Shown one piece after another: positions 23,946 to 37,971 of a stretch of 64,000 nt of DNA (position 1 is its first letter; the number at the start of each line of letters is the position of its first letter). The notes beneath the pieces are model-generated. The model did no database searches, was not told the origin of the DNA, and saw only the letters and a list, made by a program, of their open reading frames with translations. Origin of the DNA: Octopus sinensis. Taxonomy: Eukaryota. The position numbers were made by a program, and so were the translations under genes. The stretch covers positions 46,934,001-46,998,000 of the forward strand of contig NC_043001.1 of the NCBI RefSeq assembly GCF_006345805.1, given 5' to 3'.

Positions 23946-24598
23946 ATGATATTTTATACTGTGTGACATCTATAATTATAATAACAACTCCCACCACCAC
24001 TATCATCATCATTCTCATTATCCTCATTATCCCTTTCATATAAGTTTCTTCATTCTGGTGCATCGGTGATATGTCACCCTGTTGTGGATGAACTTACTGA
24101 AAGATACAATCTTACCTCTTTTTTTTTCCATATCATCTTATGTCACGGGATACTTTGCCATTAGCTTACAACGCTTGACTCAGCCTGTACGCCTCAGTAT
24201 ACTGGACAAAGACACAGCTGAGTACTTTAGGAGTTTATTTTGCCACTATGACACCCTGAGTTCAGTTTTACTGCATGGTATCTTGGGCAAATATCTTTTA
24301 CCATAGTTTCTGGTTAAGCCAAACTCAATGAGTGAAATTAAGTAAAGTGTGTGAAATCTCACACAGGTTGATAAGTGACTATTATTCAAGAGACTAGCTG
24401 TATCACCATTATTCTACAAGAGGTTTACATTAATAGTATATATTTCTGTGCAATACTCATATAGTTATTGTATCTGTTTTGCAAGATTATGTGAATTTGT
24501 GCATTGAAAGTAAAACACACAGACACATGAATATGCAGAAGAATACATACATATATACATACGTACATATGTACGTGCATACATATGTACATACATAA

Positions 24599-24629
<31 letters not shown>

Positions 24630-25448
24630 GCAAGCACACACATGCACATGCACGCAACAAGGTCTTAAGCAGACAAGCATGGCCTCTGTAACAGACTAAA
24701 TCAAAAGTCATTGAAAAGGTTACTAGTAGCAACAAAAGAGCTTTGACAAACAAAACACAATAAATGACTTACTGTTTAACCAAAGTAAGCAAACAATCGA
24801 TTAGTTAGTTGGATATTTAACCAATTGACTAATAATAAAGGAGTGGAATTAAACCAGTGCATTCATTAATTTTGGCATAACGACTCTTCTTAGATACAGC
24901 AAAACTCAAATAGTTACATGCAAATTCATTATGAAAAATGATGCAATTGATCAAATAAACGAATACTCACTGACAAAGTTGATTAGACACTGATTTGTGA
25001 AGGTGTGTGGTTTAGAGGTTAGTGTATTCAGCTCATGATACTAAGGTCATGAGTTCAATACCTGGTGACACATTGTGTACTTGAGCAAAGTGTTTTTTTT
25101 TTCACATTGCTCCAGTCCACTCAGCTGGCAAAAATGAGTTGTAACTGTAATTCAAGGATCCAGCTTTGTCACATTCTGTGTCACACTGAATCCCCCTAAG
25201 AACTATGTTAAGGGTATGTGTGTTTGTAGTGTGCTCAGCTACTTGCATATTAATCTCATGAGCAGGCTGGTCCATTGATTGCATCGACTGGAATACTTCT
25301 TATTGTAACCAACAGAATGCTACTTTTTTTTACAGTGATTTAACTTATTTTTTTATGTATGTTTTGTAAGTGAAGCGTGTGCTTATGTGCGTTTATGTAT
25401 GTATGTATGTATTATGTATGTATGTATGTATGTATGTATGTATGTATG

Positions 25449-25498
<50 letters not shown>

Positions 25499-25997
25499 CA
25501 CACTGAACTACAAAAGAAATGTCGCATTGCAAAAGATTATTTGTTTCTCACACAATATGGATATTATATAGATTTTATCATATTTCTAGGTAATTTAACA
25601 TCAGGAAGATGTCACTGACTCACAACACCACTCTCTTTTGAAAACACAAGGATTGCATGTAAGGTTTGAACACGCTCACTTTTCATGAACATAGTAATGC
25701 TCACAAATACATCTTTATAAAAATAGTGTTATTTTGTATTGCATTATTGCTGGTTTACAGCTGAATTGCTTTGTGCTGTTTCCCTTTTGTAAGGGGCTGC
25801 ATAACTTCCAGGATGTCCTATACTGATAGTATGAGCTCATCTGAGTATTTCTCCTCTGAAGAGAAACTCCTTAGAGCTATTGATAATGTTGATAAGATGA
25901 ACTTTGCAAAGGTTGCTAAAAGCCATCAGAAAAATATTATTTTGAAACAAGTTGGAAGGTTCAATGAACTATCAAAAAGGATAGAAGTAATGTAAAT

Positions 25998-26430
25998 GTG
26001 TCCCCACCCCGGGATGTCATGTTGAGTCAGAAGGAAAATTTGATTGTATTTCGAACACTTTCGACAGAGAGTCAAAAATTAGAAATTATGGCTCAAAGCC
26101 AAACTGAAAAGGCATTAAAGCCCATATGTTTTACTGGTTTACAGCTGAATTGTTTTGTGCTGTTCCCCTTTTGTAGGGGGCTGCATAGTTTCCAGGATGT
26201 CCTATACTGATAGTATGAGCTCGTCTGAGTATTCCTCCTCTGAAGTATGGCATGGTGGAGGTGCTGTTCAGGGATGCATCAACTGCCAGATTGCACTCTG
26301 TAACCCCGCCGAAAACGAGGAGATAGTGTTCCTACCCACCCACCGGGGAAGACGTACTTCCAAGATGAAGGTGGAAGACACACCTCCAGAGATAAATGCA
26401 TGGGGATTTTGTACCAATCTCATGCTTTCC
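25998..26430 (+). mobile_element. LINE ORF1 (gag-like) N-terminal fragment
   Basis: NLIVFRTLSTESQKL...EKALKPI, then YGMVEVLFRD...FLPTHRGRRTSKMKVEDTPPEI; interrupted by a 105-bp duplicated segment. Confidence 0.45.
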
Positions 26431-26559
26431 AAAGTCTTTATTTCAGCTACCAACTGTTTATTCATTAGATCATAGAAAATTAATACTTTTGTTCCTTTGT
26501 TTTTTTGTTGTTTTTTTTTTTATTTTATGGGGAGGGGATTGTGAGTTTTGGGAAACCCA

Positions 26560-27200
26560 CGAGTCCATACAAGTTTTTTCCATGTTACCCGGATTAGGGG
26601 AAGGACTGGTGGTTGCAGAGAAAGAGTGTGGAAAAGTGGGCTCTGGGTGGGTGTGGGATGGGACTCAACACTGCCAGTTTGTGTCTTCCTTTTTCTTTTT
26701 CTTTTCTATTTTTCCCCATCCTTCTTGTTCTGTGATGATTTCTGGTGGAGGTAGAGGTGCAGTTCCCTTTTTGTTAGTGGGTGGTGAAGGGCAGTCAACC
26801 TTAATGTGACCCTTTTGGCCACATTAGTAACACCTAGGGATTCTGCCCTCCACTTTAACCCTCAGCACTACATCTTCCATAGTGACTGTTTCTATAATTT
26901 TTTCGGAGTCTTCTGGGGTGGCTTGAATTAATAACTCAAGCCCTTGCCCCTACCAGTTCTTATGGTCCATGCACATGGCTTGGAGGACCACCACTTTCTC
27001 CTCCAAGTCACTGAAAGGTCAGTCTATTGTTTTAGGTTTGATCTACTTCCTTGCCATACCATCTATAATTTGAGATCATCTCTCTCTTGCCCTCTCTGGT
27101 TCAACCGGCTGATAGAGAGCACACATCTCTATCTGTGTCAGCCGTTAACCAGGAGCAATAGCATCGGCTGAATGGAAAATGACAATGTAATCCTCACCCT
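26560..27200 (-). mobile_element. LINE ORF1 (gag-like) fragment with CCHC knuckle
   Basis: Minus strand EDVVLRVKVEGRIPRCY*CGQKGHIKVDC (CX2CX4HX4C). Confidence 0.6.
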
Positions 27201-27545
27201 TTCTTCCTCTCAGAATGCACAGCATACACACTACCAAATATCAGCAAACTGCCATCACATCATTACAATTGTCAATCACTATTATGTATATTTTATTGAA
27301 CACCATTGGCAAATAAATTTGTAAATGTTATTCCTTTCCTCTTCAATGTTGTTATTACACTGCTTCATCCTGCCTTTGACTATCTACATATGGTGACCCT
27401 TTGCATGTTACCACTACATTTAGTAACTCTGATGTACACTCACATCAGTCTGTTACAATAATATAATATCCTGTTACAATAATACAATAATATATATCCT
27501 GATTACCACTGTTGGCTTTTTATGTTTATTTTTCTATACCATGAA

Positions 27546-29270
27546 AGAGGTTACTTTGAACACTTGGGTAACTTTGAACAAAATATATTTTGTTTCCTCT
27601 TATTGCTTGTTACTAAAATTTTTACAGAATTGTTTAAATGTGTTGTTAAACTTTAGAATTATATTTCTATGATAATATAATTTCAATACAAAAAGTAAAA
27701 TTTATAAATATAACTTTGATTATCCACTCAAAGAAAAAATTTGTCAGCTTCTTCAAATTCCAGTAAAACAAACGTTTTTGCAAAATATGAATACTTTTGT
27801 CAGTAGCTAAAGCACTTCTTGCATAACAGATACAAGTTTTTGTTAAAACATGATGTTTATATAACTAGTTAATTTTCTATTGAAGTGTTTTTATAACTTT
27901 GGTATCTTTGTAAAAACTTGTATAACATGATAGCCCCACCCACCATCCTTGGATTATCAAGTGGAGTTATTTTGAATGTTGTTCAAAATAACCGGAATAG
28001 CTATTTCCAGCCGTAAGCAAGCTGCTACTATGGTTCAAACTAATAGTGACCAATATAAGTTAGGTATTTAAGATTTTTAAATGTTTTTTCCTATTTATGA
28101 ACAATATTTCACCCATAGAATTAATGAGGTGTAACTGCAAATTTATCATATTTTTTACAATGGCTTGATAACCAGAATCAGTTTTTCTATCTGTTGCAAA
28201 GTCTAATTCTTTAAACTATATTCTTTTTTTTTTAGGATCAACTTGTAGTTTGGATTGAGATTAGCATTAACCAAAAAGTTATGCCAAGAATTTATAATAG
28301 AAAACCTGGCTCTCGAAGCTATAAATCCTATAATCAAAAGAGTCTGGATAAAGCAGTGACAGATATTAAAGCAAAGAAAATTACCCTTTGAAAAGCCAGT
28401 GTTGTTTATAAAATGCCAGTCAGAACTCTGAGTCATAGATTGAACAATAAGCATAGCAGGCAACCTGGTCACCTTTCAGTGTTCAGTGAAAAAGAAGAAG
28501 CAGTGTTTGTTGCTCACATTACAGCTGTTGCAGAATGGGGGTTTCCATTTGATGCTATGGATTTGAGAGTTCTTGTCCATAATTACATCACAGCTCAAGG
28601 TCACACAGTAATGCAATTTAAAAACAATTTTCCTTCATCTAAATGGGGCTAATTCATTTTTAAAGTGAAGCAAATCCCAATTAGTATCACGCCTGTACCA
28701 AAATATCAAAAGATCCGGAGTATGTTTAAGTGCTACAGAAGTGTCCTTGTACTTCCAGCACTTGAAAGTGACTCTTAGAGTTGATAGAAAACTTATCTCT
28801 CCAAATTACATCTTCAACTACAACGAGGTTAACTTGTCAGATGATCTGGGTACGAAGATTCCCTGACCTTGAACAAGAATGGGGTATATAAAATGTGACC
28901 TACTGATAACTGTGTGACATATTCTTTAGTGCTATAACACTTAAAGCTGTTCATTGACTTTTCTTTTGTATCTGTTAACAAAAAAACACTTTTTTATAAC
29001 TCGTTTCTTTGTTCAATGTTGTACTGCATAAGAGTAATTTTGAACATAAGGAAAAAAAAAACATTACTGTTCAAAATAACCCCAAATCAGGGGTTACTTT
29101 GAACAGTGACAATTATATAAAAAAAAAGTAATCAAATATTGACTGCAGATTATTTTTATTTCATATATCAGTTTACCTATTTAGTCCCCCTAACAAAGTC
29201 AAATTTAGTTAAGATTGAAAAAAAGGTTATGAAATTATTGCAATAAGAATTCTAAAACTGTTCAAAGAAT
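27546..29270 (+). mobile_element. pogo/Tigger-like DNA transposon, internally deleted
   Basis: From ATG 28281: MPRIYNRKPGSRSY..., psq-type HTH (ASVVYKMPVRTL), CENP-B HTH (VFSEKEEAVFV...WGFP...DLRVLV...FPSSKW) and the start of the DDE domain (IFNYNEVNL). GGTTACTTTGAACA subterminal motifs at both ends. Confidence 0.75.
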
Positions 29271-29299
29271 GGTTTCTACATGAGTTGGATGAGTTCTTT

Positions 29300-29520
29300 T
29301 CAGCACAGCTTGCATTCCTTTGTCCTCTACTTCACAAGATCAATCTTCCCTGCTTCATTCCATATTTGGATTGATATTCTTCCATATATTCCCTCTACCT
29401 AGAGTATCTCAGTGCTATGTCATCCTCCAAACATACAACATGCCTTGCCAATGTAGCATTATCTCTCAAATCTGATGCTCTTACACCCATCTTTCCTCAT
29501 CTTATTTGTGGTCCATCATT
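29300..29520 (-). mobile_element. RTE LINE 3' remnant
   Basis: Degenerate match to the RTE C-terminus seen at 9800-9960 (R.K.GVR....LARHVVCLEDD). Confidence 0.4.
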
Positions 29521-29709
29521 CCTGTACACTAACATTGCACACCTGCATTCAAAGTCCACATACAGCAATTACTTTTGTACATATGCATTATACAAATTGT
29601 TTTTCATTTGGAGGGAGAAATTTTTTAACAAAGGTTTTTTTCTTACTGGACTTGTATACTTAATTTCATTGATAATTAATAGTTCTTTCTACTGTAAACA
29701 CAAAGCATG

Positions 29710-30365
29710 AAATTTTGAGGGGGCAGCTAGTCAATTATATCAACCCCAGTGATTGACTGGAGCTTATTTTATTGACCTCAAAAGGATGACAGGCAAAGTC
29801 AAACTTGGTAGTATTTGAATTCAGAATGTAAAGCTGGAAGAAAAACCACTAAACATCTTATCTAGTATGCTAACAACTCATATTTCTTTATTGCCCACAA
29901 GGAGCTAAACATAGAGGGGACAGACAAAAGTTGATTACATCGACTCCAGTGCATAACTCGTACTTAATTTATCGACCTGGAAAGGACGAAAGGCAAAGTT
30001 GACCTCGGCGGAATTTGAACTCAGAATGCAGCGGCAGACGAAATACCACAAAGCATTTTGCCTGGCATGCTAACGTTTCTGCCAGCTTGCCGCCTAGTAT
30101 GCTAACAATTCTTATTTCTTTATTGCCCACAAGGAGCTAAATATAGAGGGGACAAACAAGGATAGACAAAAGGATTAAGTTGATTACATCAACTCCAGTG
30201 CATAACTGGTACTTAATTTATCGACCCGGAAAGGATGAAAGGCAAAGTTGACCTCGGCGGAATTTGAACTCAGAATGCAGCGGCAGATGAAATACCACAA
30301 AGCATTTTGCCTGGCATGCTAACGTTTCTGCCAGCTTGCCACCTAGAATGCTAACAATTCTACCT
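29710..30365 (-). repeat. Nested/tandem copies of the same SINE family
   Basis: Two ~230-bp full copies (29881, 30112) sit inside an older copy; TAG(T/A)ATGCTAACAA(C/T)TC occurs three times at the junctions. Confidence 0.8.
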
Positions 30366-30454
30366 GCTTACCACTAATGAATAATAAAAGGCATAGCTAT
30401 CAACTGCTGTTTATTTCATTCTTTTTCTAATTCTGCCTTGATAACTAAGCCATA

Positions 30455-31170
30455 CTAAAGCATGGAAAATTGCCAATGTCATTCCCCTCTTCAAAAAGGG
30501 TGATCACACAGCACCTATCAAGTACTGTCCTATCAGTTTTACTAGCTGCATCACCAAACTGATCGAGTCTTATGTCAGAGAAACACTGTGGAACTTTTGG
30601 AACTCTAACAGCCTTATTCCACCCTCACAATTTGGATTTATCTGTAACTTCATCTGTGGCTAACTCATCAAGTTTCTTGAAGATATCATCTGAATCACTG
30701 ATGACAGCTCATGAGTAGATATTATCTATTTTGACTGCTAAAGCCTTCAATTCTGTGCCACACAAAAGACTTATGGCAAAACTCTCTGCAAAGGGCATGA
30801 AAATGATCTATATAACTGGCTGAAGTCCTTCATTCTCAGTCTTAAAAAGATAATCATGTTTCTAGGACAGCACTCTACACCCAATGAGACGATGTCTGGT
30901 GTATCATAGAGATCTATTCTTGGATCCCTGTTGTTTGCTTCATATATTGATGATATAAATACCAACTTGAAGAATATTACAGTGTTGAAATACACTGATG
31001 ACATCAATCTGTACCTTGATATAAAAAGAATAGATTTTCCTGCAATCAGACCTGGACACAATGCAGCAATGGATTACTGACTGGTGACTCAAACTAGCAG
31101 TAAACAAATGCACCACCATGAATTTGGGGAGGAAAAGCCTAGCTTTTACATACTCCCTCTATGACATCAA
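30455..31170 (+). mobile_element. CR1-type LINE RT remnant
   Basis: WKIANVIPLFKKGD, SQFGF, AFNSVPHKRLMAKL, ILGSLLFASYIDDI, VLKYTDDINL. Confidence 0.85.
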
Positions 31171-32111
31171 CCTTAAGAAGTCTGTTAGATTTGTAAGGAT
31201 TAAAAAAATGAATAAGGCAAAAATAAAAGATTAGTTTCTTCCTAATTCTGATGTAAGAGTACTAAATTTTACTAAATATTAGCTCTTTCAGAGAACTACT
31301 TAGGTATACTGGGTGCACTAAAGCAGAACCTTTACTGTAGAAATTGAAAGGATTCAGCCAGGCATTAAATTATTGACCCAGTATAAATTTTGACAATTGT
31401 ATACTAGCAAAGCCAAGTTAAACTCTTTCTTTGTCAGTGGCTAGCCGCAAGCTAGTTCTCAAAATATAGTTTGAAATATATACATATAAAGCATGTAATG
31501 GCTTACACACACACATGCACATGCACACACATACATAAATTACATTATGAGAGAGCCATTTTAACCTTTTAAAAACCCATAAATCTTAATCCAACAAAGA
31601 AACTACTATGTTGTTGCTCACCCTTGTAGAAATAGTAGCTAATCAACCTCAAATTTTATACCCTACTATCTTACAAACAGAGGATACAGTTGAAAATTAG
31701 GACCTGGAAGCAATGTTTGAGAGTTTACTAGCTGGAATGCATTTAGTAATATATCTGTTAAGTGGACAAACAACAACAAAATGTAGTAACTCTTGCATAT
31801 CTTCCATTCTTTCAAAACATTTTGAATTCCTGGTCTCTCTCTACATTAGTTAGGTTTTTATATACTTCATTTTTTTTTCTTACTTTTTGTTTTGCATTAT
31901 TTATTTCCTTTCATCTTTTATTTCTTTCAGTCATTTGACTACGGCCATGCTGGGGCACTGCCTTGAAGAATTTTAGTTGATCAAATTGACTCCAGGACTT
32001 TTTTCGAGCCTGGTACTTATTCCTTCTGTCTCTTTTGCTGAACTGCTAAGTTGTGGGGACATAAATACACCAACACTGGTTGTCAGGCAGTAATGGGTGG
32101 TGGGACAAAAG

Positions 32112-32142
<31 letters not shown>

Positions 32143-33129
32143 GTGCTCGCACACACACACACACACACAATGGGCTTCTTTCACTTTTCATCTACCAAAT
32201 CTACTCGCAAGGATTTGGCTAGCTTGAGACTATAGTAGAAGACACTCGCCCAATGTGCCATGCAGTGGGACTGAACCCAGAACCATGTGGTTGGGAAGCA
32301 TGCTTCTTACCACAGTTAACAATAATTTCATTACTTTATAAACATAGGAGTTGGTAACATCTTTTGCCTCTCTCCTTGTTTATATAAAGCATTACTTTTT
32401 TATATACATTTTAATCAGTTCAACTTTTGTGTGTGAGTAACTTTTGTCAATTTGAACTTCAGACTTGCCAGTCTACTTTTGTGTTTAGATTCTATTCCCT
32501 TTTACTCCTGTCTTTCTCTTCTTTTGTTCCAATTTCCTGCCTGTTTTATTTTATCTTTTATTTTTTTATCTCCTACTTGTTTCAGTTGTTAGACTGTGGC
32601 CATGCTGGAGTACCACTTTGAAGAACTTTTAGTTGAACGAATCGACTCCAGTACTTATTTTTTATAAGCTTGGCATGTATTCTATGATTCTCAGTTTGCC
32701 AAACTGCTAAGTTATGGGGATATAAACACACAATCGCTGGTTGTGAAGTGGTGGTGGGAGACAAGCACAAACACTCACACACACATGCACGCGCGCACAA
32801 GCACACACAAACGTGCATGCATGGGCTTCTTCCTGTTTCCGTCTATCAAATCTGCTCACAAAGCTTTGATTGGCCCAAGACTTGAACCTAGAACCATGTA
32901 GTTGCAAAGTGAGTTTCTTACCAACAGTCATGCCTGACCCTATTTATGCATGAAATACTACTATTAATATTACTAATAGTCTCAGAAATTTTTTTCTTTG
33001 TATGAGGGAAGAAGCAGGAACTCCTTACTACAGATAGATAAAGAAACTTGAAACCTTTCACATGTGCTGTCTGCACAATATCTGTAACATAAAATGACAG
33101 GATGTGATATCAAATTTCAAAATTTTAGT

Positions 33130-33575
33130 AAAATGTGATACCTCTGTTATCAAAAGCATGCAGTTGAGAATTCAGAGCAGACAGGTAGACATCCTGTTTG
33201 AAGGAAAAATGATCATGTTCTAAAAAAATTCTTTTGTATGGCCAACAAGTACAGGGATATTGCAGTAAAGAAAGACCCATTGTTAGGTATAAGGCTAACT
33301 TGAAGCAATCACTAAAATCTCTAGAGCTTAATTTGACATCTTGGGAAAGTCATTGCCTCGACTGGTCTGCATGGCATAAAATGTGACATGATGCCATAAA
33401 ACAATTTTTCAGTTGAAGAAACAGAACAATAAAAGAGTTATATCCTGCAATCAACAGACAAATTTGTTCAATTCCAGGCAAAATCAAAATCATCAGTGTT
33501 CCTATTGTGACTTCACACTTGGACTCAAACTACTTCATACCTGGACTCAAATTACTTCATACCTGGACTCAAGTT
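33130..33575 (+). mobile_element. LINE 3' remnant ending in a 22-bp x3 tandem repeat
   Basis: Degenerate SWESHCLDWSAWHKM peptide; ACTTCATACCTGGACTCAAATT-like unit three times at 33510-33575. Confidence 0.45.
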
Positions 33576-34499
33576 ACATTTATACACCCATTGCTAACAG
33601 ATGCAACTTCTTTTATTTTCAATCTTATCCCACCTTCTTTCTGTTTTTTTTTTCTTCATTTAACCCTTTCCTCCGAACATTCATACTTTGAAATCAACAG
33701 AAGTGACCATCAGCACTAAAAGTAGTTATCTGCCGCAGTTTCCTCAAGGATGGGTTGGGAATGAATAGTTAATAATGTCATCCAAGAAATATGTGGACAC
33801 TGTCACAAAGCATGTTCATGTTAGCATTTACTGTGATAAAGTTAAAAGTTAGGACAAATTCTATTGCCATGAAAAGAAGAGGAATCTGATAGAGACTAGA
33901 GACAGACCCTTCAATTGACATATGAAGTTTTTTTTCTCAGTTGAAAGGGCTTTCATAGCACAGAAAATATGAAAAAATTTGGAAAAATTTCACTTTTTAT
34001 ATAGGAGCAAACTATGTGTTGAGGCTAAATAACACTTCTATGACATAATTTTTCTAATTTTAACTTCATGTTATTTCCCAAACAATTATAGCTCTAAAAT
34101 ATATTGACACACAAACAACTCTCTCTCTCTCTCAGAGATAAAGAGAAGGGGAAGAGAGAGGATAAGAGAGGTGGTGGGAATTATTCTAAATAAACTTATA
34201 AGTCATTGCTAAGAAACAGAATTTTATGATTTCCATGATCTGAAAAATAAACAGTTTTCAAGAAGTGAGGAACCAAAATATTTCAGTTTAAATATCATGA
34301 TGACATTTGTTCTCTCTCTCTCTCTCTCTCTCCCTCTCCCTCTCCCCCTCTCTCTTTCTTTCTCTCTCTCTCTCACTTTGTCTGTCTGTTTCTCTATTAA
34401 TCTATCTCTCTTTTCTTTTCCTACTGGAAAAGTACCACCTCTATAGCAAGACACCTATTTCTATCCCTTTATTATAATCCAGTCTCTCAATTGGATTCA

Positions 34500-35402
34500 A
34501 AGCCATCTCCTTCTTTCGAGGTAAACTATTCAAAGAAGACTTCAAAAGTAACTAGTAATGATTTCTCTTGAAAAATCAACAAAATTTGGCATCATGGTGT
34601 TATCATGTACCTGCAGTAAAAGGGTTTAGCCCTCGAGGACATTGAAGCTGACATAGTTGATACATAAGAGGATGCCACTCCAGCTTTATCTACAGTGTAA
34701 AAGAGAGCAGCTGAATTTAAGAGGGAATGGAGAGTCTTGAAGATGACCCAAGTTTTGGATGTTCTGCAATTGCTACCACTGAGGAAAACGTTGATTGTGT
34801 TCACCACATGGTGATGGATGACCAGTAATTGACTATAAATCAAATAGCCAGTGCTATTAGCATATCCCATAAGAGAACTGAGAATATTCTGCACAATGAG
34901 CTTGGCATTATGAAGATTTCTATTTGGTGAGTGCCACATCTTCTAGCACCTGATCTAAAGCACACCAGGTTGATTACATCACAGGAAAATCTGACATTGT
35001 TTCAGGTAGATCCAGCTGGTTTCTTAACTCAAGATGAGTGTTGGCTTCCTTACTTTGAGGCAGAGACAAGTTCTTGATTTCAGTGGCTGCTGTAACTGAC
35101 TGTGTCTTTGAACTGTTTGATCAGCCTCCCTATTTTCTGATTTGGCCTCCTCTGACTATCATCTGTTCCTCAACATGAAAAAACACTTGGCTGGGAGCCA
35201 GTATCACCATGATGATGATGATGTGAATCTGCTGTTGACCAACAACATGAAAGCTTCTTCAGCAATGGGATTCAAGCACTGCAACATTGATGGAAGAAGT
35301 GTGTGAACTATAAGGGGGACTATGTGGAAAAGCTAATCTTATTTGATCCACATTTAATGAAAGTCTCTTGGTCAGCCTATGAACTTTTCAGGCAATCCCT
35401 GT
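34500..35402 (+). mobile_element. Older degenerate mariner remnant
   Basis: QIASAISISHKRTENILHNELG...W*VPHLL, TQDECW, SSDYHLFLNMKKHLAG and GDYVEK fragments. Confidence 0.75.
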
Positions 35403-35709
35403 CCGACTGTGTGCAAAATAACTCAGAAAGTTGTGAACAGTATTTGATAAAACTTGCAAGAAAAGTTGGTAATGACACAAAGAACAGATGATGAAATTTT
35501 GGTAGTCAGCCGGGAATTTTTATGGATTCTTGAAGGATTTTTCATTTGTTTTATTTACTTTACATGAAGTATTAGTTACATTCTTTGATTATCTCCCTTG
35601 AAAACACGTTCATCGTTTGCAGGTAACCTATGGTGGCGTTGCTGTTTCCAAAGTTTATTTTCGTTTCTTTATTAGTAATTTTACTTGCATATCTATCTTA
35701 AAATGAGCT

Positions 35710-36130
35710 GCTTGGCAGAGGTCTGTGGAGGCTGACATGACAAGGCTTAACTATTGGTATTGACTCAAAAAGCTCAGGCTTTGCTCCCTCCATCGCCGCT
35801 GTGAGCTCTATATCATCTGTATGATGTGGAAAATATTCCATCAACATTGCCCATCTTTCAGATTTGTCCGAGGCTTAGTCCCTGTGCCATCCGTCCACTA
35901 CAGAAATGTTCGTGTCATATCACAACACTATGACAGAACTATTTCACCTCAATTGGCCCTGCTCTCTTCAACATCGTGCCAGATACACATAAAGGAGGAA
36001 AGTGACTTCACAGCATTCAAATGATCCCAGATGATTACCCCCAACAAATACCAGATAAACCACCCACACCCAGATATGTCTCTGAAAACAATAACCCTCT
36101 GCTTGAATGGGCTATGGTTCCCCAGAGCTG
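35710..36130 (+). mobile_element. CR1/Crack-type LINE 3' end
   Basis: NYWY*LKKLRLCSLHRRCELYIICMMWKIFH matches the YWERLKKL.LYSLQRRRERY.II..WKI C-terminal motif; followed by QIPDKPPTP.Y. Confidence 0.7.
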
Positions 36131-36599
36131 ACTGTTTATCTCTTCCAGGCGGTGCTATTAAATTAGACATGGCCTGAGTCAACTTTGGCCAAAACTTATC
36201 TAAGTAATCTAATCTATGCTGTAACCTTTTAAGCAAAGCATGACAACGTGAGCAGAGGCTGATATCTTAACATTTCTGATGGTCTTAAGTATAGAAAAAA
36301 ATTATTAAAAATTTATATAGAACTACATTCAGAGTATGTCTATAAGCTATTGTGTTTAGACCTGGTTTCTATCCTCAAACTGTTCCATTTTGTAGATGCA
36401 ATTTTTTTTTTAATAAAGCACTCCAAAATTAGAAAAATCAAAAACCTGCAACAATCTCAGTCCCATGAGTATTGGTTAATGGATTTTCAACTATGTAAAG
36501 AAACTGATTGTGGTGATCGTAGTTTTGACGGTAATTGTGGTGAAAGCAGAGACAGTGTTGATGATGACGATGGTCGAGATAAGTATGGGAGGAGGATAA

Positions 36600-36930
36600 A
36601 TTAGTATTAGTGGTTATAATGGTGACAGGAGTGGTGTGATGTGTGATGCTGAGGTGATGGTGGTAATAGTGGTGTTGATGATAGTGTTAGTTGTGTGATG
36701 GTGATATTGTTGTGGCTATACTGGTTGTGGTGGTGAAAGTGACTGTCAAGATAACCGTCATGATAATGTTGATGACGGTGTATGTGGTTGAAGTGGAAGC
36801 AATAACAATGCTGCTGATGATGTTGGTGGTTGTGGTGGTGGTGATAGTGGTAGGATAGTTGTGGTGGTGATTGTGATATGGTGGTAGTGGTGGTGGTGGT
36901 GGTGGTGATAGTTGTTGTCGTCGTCGTAGT
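36600..36930. repeat. (GGT/GAT)n low-complexity tract
   Basis: Direct inspection; explains the His/Thr/Val-rich spurious ORFs. Confidence 0.9.
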
Positions 36931-37616
36931 GCTGCCCCTGCTGGTTTGGCAGAGGTCTGCGCTCTCCAAGTGCTTTTCTAGTTATATTCAAAATTATTCC
37001 TATGATTTGTGTAACTCTATCTCAGTGTTTTTCTCTTCCTTTCTCCCTGATTTAAAATGATAGCAATTATTCTAATTCACTGCTTGAATATATAATTTAA
37101 CTGACTATTTATTGTTCTACTACTTTTCACTGATGATGTAGAAGAAAAACAGAAACAAATTGTCAGTATATGTAGCACAAATATGAAATATCAGTTTCAA
37201 ATTTTGGCACAAACCCAGCAATTTTATTTAGAGAAGTGGGTAAATCAATTACATCAACCCCAGTATTCAGCTAGTATTTATTTTATTGATCCCTAAAAGG
37301 ATAAAAGACAAAGTCAACACCAATCTTTAATATGAAATATTAAATGCATGAACAGTGCAGCATTTTGAGTCACTTATATGGATTAACTAAATAAAAAAAA
37401 ACATGATACAGTTTTACATGCTTTCCTCCTGAACACGAAAATGAATGACTCAATAATTAAATGGCTTCTAACAATGCAAGGGGCTTGATATATTCATAGA
37501 TGTTAGTCCTGAAGACGATACAAGAGGAGCATATGCTCATGCCCAGGCTCACCTATCTTAGACACACACATATGAAATATGACTATTTGTTAACATAAAG
37601 GCTAAAGATGGAAAAA

Positions 37617-37661
<45 letters not shown>

Positions 37662-37936
37662 TATATGTATATATATCATCATCATCATCATCGTTTAACG
37701 TCTGCTTTCCATGCTAGCATGGGTTGGACGATTTGACTGAGGTCTGGCGAACCAGATGGCTGCACCGGGCTCCAATCTGATCTGGCAGAGTTTCTACAGC
37801 TGGATGCATTTCTTAACGTCAACCACTCTGAGAGTGTAGTAGGTGCTTTTAAGTGCCACCGGCATGAGGGCCAGTCAGGCGGTACTGGCAACGGCCACAC
37901 TCAAATGGTGGTTTTTATGTGCCACCTGCACAGGAA

Positions 37937-37971
<35 letters not shown>

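Noticed and set aside
24487-24753. Signal-peptide-like ORF MFVKALLLLLVTFS...
   Set aside because: Starts at TTG rather than ATG and runs into a (TACA)n microsatellite; no exon support.
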